From Kiritimatiella glycovorans (GTDB taxonomy: Bacteria > Verrucomicrobiota > Kiritimatiellia > Kiritimatiellales > Kiritimatiellaceae): a stretch of 32,000 nucleotides of DNA. A program made the translations under genes and the position numbers. How positions within the stretch are numbered: position 1 is the first letter of the stretch; every line of letters begins with the position of its first letter. The notes under the pieces were generated by a model. It worked only from the letters and a program-made list of their open reading frames with translations, did no database searches and was not told where the DNA came from. Below, one piece after another: positions 26,225 to 32,000 of the stretch. The stretch lies in NCBI RefSeq assembly GCF_001017655.1, contig NZ_CP010904.1, forward strand, positions 90,001 to 122,000, written 5' to 3'.

Positions 26225-26369
26225 CCAGCGATTCTCATTATGGCTTCACCCTTTTCGGTCGGGGTGGCACCCGACCCTCCCAGTGCCCGAAAATGCGTCG
26301 GATATCGACTCGGGAGGGACGGCTGCCACGCCGTCCGCGGTCGGAATGCGGCCATAATGAGAACTGCTG
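26225..26369. mobile_element. 145-bp MITE-like insertion inside the transposase gene, with terminal inverted repeats of about 19 bp and an 8-bp target-site duplication
   Basis: Direct repeat CGGTCGAG at 26217-26224 and 26370-26377. Termini are CCAGCGATTCTCATTATGGC ... GCCATAATGAGAACTGCTG. The interior has GC-rich hairpins (GGTCGGG..CCCGACC, CCCTCCC..GGGAGGG, GACGGC..GCCGTC). Deleting the insert plus one repeat restores ...DALLDR-LVHRGLEF... Confidence 0.75.
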
Positions 26370-27007
26370 CGGTCGAGCAATGCGTCACACACTTCTGTCG
26401 ATTCCTGTGCGCCTATTTCAAAATCCAGCATAACTTTGCGGCCGTCCAGCGTAATGCCCAGCCCCACAATGGCGCTGAGATCCTCGGACAGTACAATGCC
26501 GTCCAGCAGCATGCAGAAGAACCTCTCGGACTTCAGGTCGCGGTCACGGAGCTTCTGTATGCGCTGTCGGCCCTCGACAATCCAGGCGCGGGAAACCCTG
26601 CTGCGTCCGGGCGCTGAATCGGGATACAAGGTTTTCTGATCACGTGAACTGACTCCGGCAGCTGTGGCACGCAAGATACGGCCACGAAGGTCGTCGGCCC
26701 TGTTGACCGCGTCGTAACTTTTAAGCCTGACCTCCTTCGATGTGTCTGCCTCATGGCGACGTACACGCGGCTTGCGGATCTCCTCATCAATACCGTCAAT
26801 TCGAAGTCCTACGCGGGTTCCGCCGGCACGTCGGCAGCCTCTGTCTCCTGCCGGCTTGTAGGCCGGACCACACAGTTCTGTGACCTCTTCAGCCAGAATA
26901 TCGGCGATCAGGGTTCGCATTTCACCACGCAGCCAGTCACGGAAAACATCTCCTGCTGCAGACGGTTCAACTTGTCCAAGGGCTTCAAGGACGCTATTGT
27001 CACTCAT
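26246..27007 (-). pseudogene. IS256-family transposase, N-terminal part, terminated by a stop codon inside the nested insert
   Basis: ATG 27007 with an AAAGGAGAC RBS. Contains FFCMLLDGIVLSEDLSAIVGLGITLDGRKVMLDFEIGAQESTEVCDALLDR, the IS256-type DDE N-terminal region. Homology stops at 26378, and the remaining residues are insert-encoded. Confidence 0.85.
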
Positions 27008-27101
27008 GGCGGTCTCCTTTCGGGTTGGTTTGCCCCGAGCGTCCAACATGGACGCTCAGGAGACCGCCTTCAAGTTTCAACAGTCAACGGGACACTTCCC
27101 C

Positions 27102-27612
27102 GGTGACGCTGGGGGCGTGGTACGCGCAGGGGACGCGGGACGCCTACGACGAGCTGAACCTGTACGCGGAATACGGCGTCGCATGGAAGGGGTTCGAGTT
27201 TTACGCGGGCTACACGCGGCTCGAGTTCATCATCGATGACGCCTTCGACCACGAATTCGGCGCCGGCGTCGCGAGCCCGTCCTGGGGGCCGTGGACCTTG
27301 GGCGTAGATTACGTCTACTCCACCGAGGCCGACGGTGCGTTCGTCGAGGCCGGTCTGGAGGGGGCCTTCCCGCTGCTGGAAGAACGGGTCGTCCTCGTGC
27401 CCGCCCTCGTCGAGGGGGTCGACTTCGGATACGCCAGTCCGGAGTATGACGGGCCGAATCATCTGGAAGCACGGCTCACGGCAATCGTGCCGGTCTCCGA
27501 TGACGTGGAATTGAGCGCCTACCTCGCCCATTCCTGGGGGCAGGGCGACGTCGATCGCGACGGGGGCAAAGACCTGACCTGGGGCGGCATGGGCGCGGCG
27601 TGGACGTTCTGA
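27102..27612 (+). pseudogene. Outer-membrane beta-barrel (porin-like, possibly TorF/Gcw_chp-type) gene, 5'-truncated by the IS
   Basis: Alternating amphipathic strands (LNLYAEYGVAWKGFEFYAGYTRLEF, WTLGVDYVYS, VELSAYLAHSW) and a C-terminal GMGAAWTF ending in Phe. No signal peptide or start. The part of the track ORF before 27102 is IS terminal sequence. Confidence 0.6.
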
Positions 27613-27620
27613 AGGATCCG

Positions 27621-28277
27621 CTATCCCCGCACCCAGGAGACCTGCATCATCAGGAAGTCGCCCAGCGACGCCGCCCGTTTCAGGTCCGCGCCGTCGCCGT
27701 GAAAGAGCCCGTCGAGGAACGCCGCGGTCGGCGCGCGATCGAGCGTAAGCCCCGGCAGCATGACGGGCAGTTCGCGGAATCCGTCCCGCTCCACCGCCCC
27801 GGCCACGATTCCCATGATGTCCAGCTTGTCGGCGTCGCGAATCAGCGCGGTGTAGTCCCGAGGGCGGCCCGTGAGCTCCGGCGGCATCCGCCGCTCGTGA
27901 TGCAGGCGTATGCCTTCGAGGATCGCCTCGCCGGTTTCCTCCGGCCACTCCTCCAGCCATCCCTCCGCGGCGACTCGCCTCCGTCCGAGTTTTCCGTGAT
28001 CGCAGGCGGCGGAGTCGGCAAAATGGCCCTGTTCACGGTACTGCACAAACCGTCCCGTGTCGTGCAGCAGACCGAGCACCTCCGCGGCCCGGCGATCCTG
28101 GATCGGCCAGTCCATCTCGGCCGCCAGCGAGGCCATCTCCTCCGCGACGCGGCGGCTGTGGTCGAGCTTGAGTTGCAGCGGGCCGGGCAGGCGGCCGTCG
28201 CCGTCACGAAAGGTGTCCGCGTAGCGACGGAAACAGGCATGAACCCCGTCGAGCAGCGAGCCGGTTATCAGGGCCAT
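27621..28277 (-). CDS. HD-domain metal-dependent phosphohydrolase
   Basis: H...HD...H...D pattern: KLDHSRRV, LGLLHDTGRF, IRLHHE, IRDADKLD. ATG 28277 (MALITGSLL) with an AAGGAAA RBS is preferred over the track start 28337. Confidence 0.85.
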   Translation of the reverse strand: MALITGSLLDGVHACFRRYADTFRDGDGRLPGPLQLKLDHSRRVAEEMASLAAEMDWPIQDRRAAEVLGLLHDTGRFVQYREQGHFADSAACDHGKLGRRRVAAEGWLEEWPEETGEAILEGIRLHHERRMPPELTGRPRDYTALIRDADKLDIMGIVAGAVERDGFRELPVMLPGLTLDRAPTAAFLDGLFHGDGADLKRAASLGDFLMMQVSWVRG

Positions 28278-28326
28278 AACGGTGTTTCCTTTGTCCTTTC
28301 CGATGATTTGGCCCCGCGCGGGGGCG

Positions 28327-28542
28327 TCAGATCGCATCCAGCGCCTGGTCCAGGTCTTCCAGCAGAAGAGCCGTATCCTCGATCCCGGCCGAGAGGCGCA
28401 CGGTGTTGCGTTCGACGCCGAAGCCGTTCCGCCGCTCCTCGGGCATGTAGAGCATGGTCGTGAGGGGGCAGTGAACGATCGGCGTGACCATCGGACGATT
28501 CCCGTAGGGGGTCAGCGGATCGCCGTAATGATTGGCTCCCAT
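28327..28542 (-). pseudogene. Remnant of the C-terminus of a PLP-dependent Cys/Met-metabolism enzyme (OAH sulfhydrylase / cystathionine gamma-synthase family)
   Basis: The 71-aa ORF ends ...HCPLTTMLYMPEERRNGFGVERNTVRLSAGIEDTALLLEDLDQALDAI. This matches the family C-terminal consensus (HPA.TTH...R...GI....VRLSVGIED..DLI.DL.QAL). The preceding roughly 330 aa of such enzymes are absent. Confidence 0.5.
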
Positions 28543-28641
28543 ATTATATTCCTGTTGTGGGAGGATTCCCCGGACGACCGTTCGCGTTCACGTCCCCGCG
28601 CTGCGGGCCGGTCACCGAACCTCTCACCCCTATCACGGGAA

Positions 28642-28669
28642 GCGGCCGGTTTCGAGCGTTTCCGGCCGC
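28642..28669 (-). terminator. Possible terminator hairpin after the NifX-like gene
   Basis: GCGGCCGG, 12-nt loop, CCGGCCGC. This 8-bp GC stem lies 7 nt after the minus-strand stop. The U-tract is weak (TTCCCG). Confidence 0.3.
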
Positions 28670-28675
28670 GGGTGG

Positions 28676-29083
28676 TCACATGCCGCCGCGGCCGCGTCCC
28701 CGGCCCATGCCGCCCCCGCCTCCGGAGCCGAAGTGGCTGCCGACGTTCGGCGAGGTGGCTGCGTTGAGCGTCCCGTTCCTGTACGACTCGACGGCCTCGC
28801 GCACGGTCCCGCTCGCGCCGACAAAGACCTCGATCTCTGCGGCCTGCAGGGTGCGGTGCGCGTTCGGGCCGCAATTGCCCGTGAGCACCGCGCGGGCACC
28901 TTGGTCCGCCATGGCCTGCGCCGACTGGATGCCCGCGCCGCCGCCCAGTGCGGCGTTCGGGTTTTCGACGGTCTCAGCGGTCATGGTGTCCGTCTCGACG
29001 ATTACAAAATACGGACAGCGTCCGAAGCGGGGATCGACGGCGTCGTCGAGTCCCGGTCCTCTGGCGGTAACGGCTACTTTCAT
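28676..29083 (-). CDS. NifX/NifB-like (dinitrogenase FeMo-cofactor-binding domain, COG1433) protein with a Gly/Arg-rich C-terminal tail
   Basis: MKVAVTARGPGLDDAVDPRFGRCPYFVIVETDT...GGGAGIQSAQAMADQGARAVLTGNCGPNA...EIEVF is the PF02579-type pattern. The tail is HFGSGGGGGMGRGRGRGGM. The RBS is AAGGAGA. Confidence 0.9.
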   Translation of the reverse strand: MKVAVTARGPGLDDAVDPRFGRCPYFVIVETDTMTAETVENPNAALGGGAGIQSAQAMADQGARAVLTGNCGPNAHRTLQAAEIEVFVGASGTVREAVESYRNGTLNAATSPNVGSHFGSGGGGGMGRGRGRGGM

Positions 29084-29140
29084 CGGTTTTCTCCTTTTGA
29101 GTCCGGTGACGGTGTGGTGTGCATTCGGGGGGGTGAGTCT

Positions 29141-29524
29141 CTACGAAACGCCGGCGAGTTTCTCGGCGCCCGAATAGAGTTCCTCAACCTCCAGTACGAC
29201 GGCGGCATTGCCCGGATGTTTCGGGTTCTGCCAGCCCTTCATCTCGTGGAATACCGGCCCTTCGGTGTGATAACTCAGCGAGCCCTTCGCCTGAAAGGCT
29301 TTTCCGTCGCCATCGATAAATAGGAGCGACCCCCGGCTCCCCCCGTCGATGTTCCGGCGGGTCTTGTCGAAGTAATGATCCGCGATCACGAATCCGCGCC
29401 CTGCGTCCAGGCGCAGTTCGCCCACGTAAATCGCATTCGGCGTCCCGTCGGGATCGACGGTGCTGAACACCGCCGGCCCTTCGTGACGATTCCAGCGCTC
29501 CTCCAGCGTTTCCATCATGCCCAT
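29141..29524 (-). CDS. Pyridoxamine 5'-phosphate oxidase-like FMN-binding split-barrel protein
   Basis: 127 aa. GPAVFSTVDPDGTPNAIYVG...FVIADHYFDKTRRNI...GSLLF matches the PNPOx-like family pattern. Confidence 0.75.
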   Translation of the reverse strand: MGMMETLEERWNRHEGPAVFSTVDPDGTPNAIYVGELRLDAGRGFVIADHYFDKTRRNIDGGSRGSLLFIDGDGKAFQAKGSLSYHTEGPVFHEMKGWQNPKHPGNAAVVLEVEELYSGAEKLAGVS

Positions 29525-29571
29525 GCCTCAATCCTTTCGTTCCGATCCATTCCGGCTGACTCGATAGTGTT

Positions 29572-29937
29572 TCACCCGATATCCGCAAGCGCGGCGGACA
29601 ACTGCTCCCAGGTCTGTTCAATGGCCGCGCAGGCCGGTCCCCGACCATACTCGATCACGGTCTTGCCCGCCATCAGCGAGTCGTTGACCTCCCGGTCGAA
29701 GGGGATGCGGCCGATGACCCGCGAGCCGTATCGCGCCGCGAGCGATTCGATGCGGTCGGACTGATCCCGGTTGAGGTCGGCCTTGTTGATCACCACCAGG
29801 GCCGGGACCCCGAAATGCTTCGCGAGATCCATCACCCGCTCCATGTCGTGCACGCCGGAGACCGTGGGTTCGGTCACGATCAGCACGAGGTCGACCCCCG
29901 AGACCGAGGCGATCACGGGGCAGCCGGTACCGGGGGG
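29572..29937 (-). CDS. C-terminal part of the second MinD-like 4Fe-4S ATPase module (COG1149); downstream piece of a frameshifted fused gene
   Basis: Track ORF 29572..29955. It reads PPGTGCPVIASVSGVDLVLIVTEPTVSGVHDMERVMDLAKHFGVPALVVINKADLN, the conserved second half of COG1149 proteins. Confidence 0.85.
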   Translation of the reverse strand, partial: PPGTGCPVIASVSGVDLVLIVTEPTVSGVHDMERVMDLAKHFGVPALVVINKADLNRDQSDRIESLAARYGSRVIGRIPFDREVNDSLMAGKTVIEYGRGPACAAIEQTWEQLSAALADIG

Positions 29938-31403
29938 CCGTCGCCGAGGATACATTCGCGCCTCAGCTCCTGCGCCAGTTCGGCGGCGCGGTTGCGCACC
30001 TGGGTCACGAGCCGCCCCGAATTCTCTTCGGCGATGCCGAGCCGGGCATGGGCCATGGGCCCGAAGGCGGTTTCCGAAACGTACCAGCGTCCGGTGATGT
30101 TGCGTTCGCTGCCGATCGCCCCGACGGGACAGACCAGCGGGCAGAGCCCGCAGCCCTCGCAGGCCAGCGGCTCCACGCGGTACGTTTTAGCGACGCCGTC
30201 TCCCGGCGGGCCGTCGAACCGTATGGCGTTGAAGTGACAGGCCTGCGCGCATCGGCCGCAGCCCACGCAGCGCATGGGATCGATCTCCGCCTTGATGCCC
30301 CCCGCGAAATCGTGCCCCTCCCTCACCGCGGGGGCGAGGAGCAGGTGCAGGTCCGCGGCATCCACGTCGTTGTCCGCCAGCACCTTGTTCCGCGCCAGGT
30401 GCGCCAGCGAACTGACCACCGTCGTCTTGCCGGTGCCGCCCTTGCCGCTGATCACGGTGACCTCGCGGCACTCGTCCGCATCGCCCTCCTCAAAGGCGGC
30501 CGGTTCGTCCTCCGCGAGCTCGAAGATCTCCTCTTCAGGGCAGGGCGGGGCCGCGGCGTACAGGTGATCGTAGATGCCCAGCAGATTCTCCCGCAGCTCC
30601 GGGAAGGCCTCCGCCAGGAAGTCCCCGCGCGAATAGGCCTCCGCATACGTGCGCCTGAACGGGATGCGCCCCGCAATGGGGATTCCGACCCGCTGGGCAT
30701 AGTCCGCAATGATCCGGTCTTCGCCGTTGGAGCGGTTGATCACGATCCCCGTCGGGACCCCGAGCTTGAGAGTCAGCCCCACGGCCAGCTTGAGGTCGTT
30801 CAGGCCGAACGGGGTCGGCTCGGTCACCAGCAGGGCGACGTCCGATCCCTCGACGGCCTCGACGACGGGGCAGGCGGTACCCGGCGAGGCGTCGATGATA
30901 TTGACCGCATCCGGGTCGATATATGTTTTGACGTCGCGCACCACGTTCGGCGCCAGGGCCTCGCCGATGTTCAGCAGCCCGTGCGCGAAAAAGAACGGAT
31001 TGGCGGGATCGTCGGCCGGCTCCGCGACCTGGACCTTCCCGATCGCGGTGTCGACCTCCGTAAACGCCTTCTCGGGGCAGACGTAGGAGCAGACTCCGCA
31101 GGAATGGCACAGCTCATTAAACACGAGCACCTTGTCGTTGACCACCGCGATGGCGTTGTAGTTGCACGCCTCGGCGCATTTCCCGCAGGCGGTGCATCGT
31201 TCGCTGTCCCATACGGGTTTCGGCGCAAGCACCTCCCGTCCGTCGGTGAAAGAGGGTTTGACGAAGAGGTGATCGTTCGGCTCCTCGACATCGCAGTCGA
31301 GCAGCCGGACGGGTTCACCGCGTTGCGCGAGCGACGAGGCCAGATTGACCGCAAAGGTCGTCTTGCCCGTACCGCCTTTTCCGCTGGCGATCGTGATAAT
31401 CAT
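29913..31403 (-). CDS. Fused tandem MinD-superfamily P-loop ATPases with inserted 2x[4Fe-4S] ferredoxin domains (COG1149 x2); 3' end frameshifted
   Basis: Module 1: IASGKGGTGKTT, CTACGKCAEACNYNAI...CHSCGVCSYVCP, DASPGTACPVVEA, VTEPTPFGLNDL. Module 2: ISGKGGTGKTT, CVGCGRCAQACHFNAI...CEGCGLCPLVCP. It then ends ILGDGPPVPAAP* instead of the expected DGPPGTGCPV. Confidence 0.9.
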   Translation of the reverse strand: MIITIASGKGGTGKTTFAVNLASSLAQRGEPVRLLDCDVEEPNDHLFVKPSFTDGREVLAPKPVWDSERCTACGKCAEACNYNAIAVVNDKVLVFNELCHSCGVCSYVCPEKAFTEVDTAIGKVQVAEPADDPANPFFFAHGLLNIGEALAPNVVRDVKTYIDPDAVNIIDASPGTACPVVEAVEGSDVALLVTEPTPFGLNDLKLAVGLTLKLGVPTGIVINRSNGEDRIIADYAQRVGIPIAGRIPFRRTYAEAYSRGDFLAEAFPELRENLLGIYDHLYAAAPPCPEEEIFELAEDEPAAFEEGDADECREVTVISGKGGTGKTTVVSSLAHLARNKVLADNDVDAADLHLLLAPAVREGHDFAGGIKAEIDPMRCVGCGRCAQACHFNAIRFDGPPGDGVAKTYRVEPLACEGCGLCPLVCPVGAIGSERNITGRWYVSETAFGPMAHARLGIAEENSGRLVTQVRNRAAELAQELRRECILGDGPPVPAAP

Positions 31404-31428
31404 AAATTTCCGTTCCCTTTCCGGTCTT

Positions 31429-31638
31429 CTATTCCGAGCGCGTCATGGTCGCGCCGCAGGCGGGACATTGGCGCTGATTGCACGGCGTCCCGCGCCCGTG
31501 GGCCACGCGTTTCCCGCATGCGGGGCAGACGCAGGACCCTCCGGCGCCGAAGCCGGCACCGCCCTGACGTCCCATGCCCCGGCCTTTTCCGCGGCCGCGG
31601 CCGTCGCCCATCGGTCCGGTTCCATCTCCTCGCGGCAT
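31429..31638 (-). CDS. DUF5320-like small protein with a Gly/Arg-rich segment and a C-terminal 4-Cys zinc-ribbon
   Basis: The canonical DUF5320 start MPRGDGTGPMG is followed by GRGRGKGRGMGRQGGAGFGAGG and then CVCPACGKRVAHGRGTPCNQRQCPACG. A GGGAGGTGG RBS lies upstream. The second ATG (31638) is preferred on spacing. Confidence 0.8.
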   Translation of the reverse strand: MPRGDGTGPMGDGRGRGKGRGMGRQGGAGFGAGGSCVCPACGKRVAHGRGTPCNQRQCPACGATMTRSE

Positions 31639-31707
31639 CATCCACCTCCCTGCAGTCGAGGACGACGGATGCGCCGGAGCATTCCGGCGCACCCGTTCTC
31701 TGTCCGC

Positions 31708-32000
31708 TTACTTCCCGTCCGATTCCAGATCCGCGATGCGCTTGCGGATATCCTCCAGCGCTTCCTGCAAAGATCCCGCCTGTCCCTTCAACGCCTCCAG
31801 CTCCTGCTCCGGAGCCGGAGCCGCGCCGTAGGGATAGGGAGCGCCCGCGGGCGGATAAGCCGGGGCGGCGTACGGCTGAGGCCCGTATCCTCCCCGCCCG
31901 CGTCCTCCGCGAAAGCCGAATCCGAGCCCGCGACCGAATCCGCCGCGTCCGCGCCCGAACCCGAATCCGCGGCCGGGAACCGGGTTGGCGTATCCGGGCA
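31708..32000 (-). CDS. DUF5320-like protein (Gly/Arg/Phe-rich with a C-terminal coiled coil), 5' end beyond the window
   Basis: Not in the ORF track because it is edge-truncated. Manual translation: ...PGYANPVPGRGFGFGRGRGGFGRGLGFGFRGGRGRGGYGPQPYAAPAYPPAGAPYPYGAAPAPEQELEALKGQAGSLQEALEDIRKRIADLESDGK*. The stop is at 31708-31710. Confidence 0.8.
   Translation of the reverse strand, partial: PGYANPVPGRGFGFGRGRGGFGRGLGFGFRGGRGRGGYGPQPYAAPAYPPAGAPYPYGAAPAPEQELEALKGQAGSLQEALEDIRKRIADLESDGK

Larger units (their letters stand above)
25455..27101 (-). mobile_element. IS256-family insertion sequence (1647 bp including the nested insert), imperfect terminal inverted repeats of about 41 bp
   Basis: Left end GGGGATGTCCCGAATCCTGTTGAAACTCGTTGGCGGTCTC (25455-). 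The reverse complement of the right end is GGGGAAGTGTCCCGTTGACTGTTGAAACTTGAAGGCGGTCTC (-27101). It encloses an IS256/mutator-type transposase. GC content is visibly lower than in the flanks. Confidence 0.85.

Overview
GC-rich bacterial chromosome segment (about two-thirds G+C by eye, not computed). The many long antisense ORFs in the track are GC artefacts. The gene content suggests an anaerobic member of the PVC group (Planctomycetes/Verrucomicrobia/Kiritimatiellota-like); this is inference only.

Layout:
(1) 1-5007: a partial OFA-type MFS transporter, a divergent LpxC-like deacetylase translationally coupled to a Ppm1/Dpm1-type GT2, and a large PAS/GAF hybrid histidine kinase split by a 1-nt frameshift inside its H-box.
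(2) 5100-5380: an unusual low-complexity, long-hairpin repeat element.
(3) 5464-18184: a tightly coupled 9-gene plus-strand operon: tandem-DUF4159 protein, MoxR AAA+ ATPase, DUF58, BatA/vWA, vWA/GATase-like membrane protein, and three uncharacterised proteins, one of them a 1092-aa acidic membrane protein.
(4) 18322-25068: a housekeeping block of ffh, rpsP, KH protein, trmD, rplS, rnhB, yraN, a NUDIX hydrolase (minus strand) and nnr.
(5) 25070-28542: a decayed accessory patch. It holds a second, inverted copy of the repeat core, an IS256-family IS whose transposase is interrupted by a nested 145-bp MITE-like insert with an 8-bp target duplication, a 5'-truncated porin-like gene, an HD-domain gene and a PLP-enzyme remnant.
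(6) 28676-32000, minus strand: an anaerobe-type cluster of unknown function. It has a NifX/NifB-like protein, a PNPOx-like flavoprotein, a fused and frameshifted double MinD-like 4Fe-4S ATPase (COG1149 type) and two DUF5320-like Gly/Arg-rich proteins.

No rRNA, tRNA or CRISPR array was found. Family assignments come from motif recognition by eye and need HMM or BLAST confirmation.
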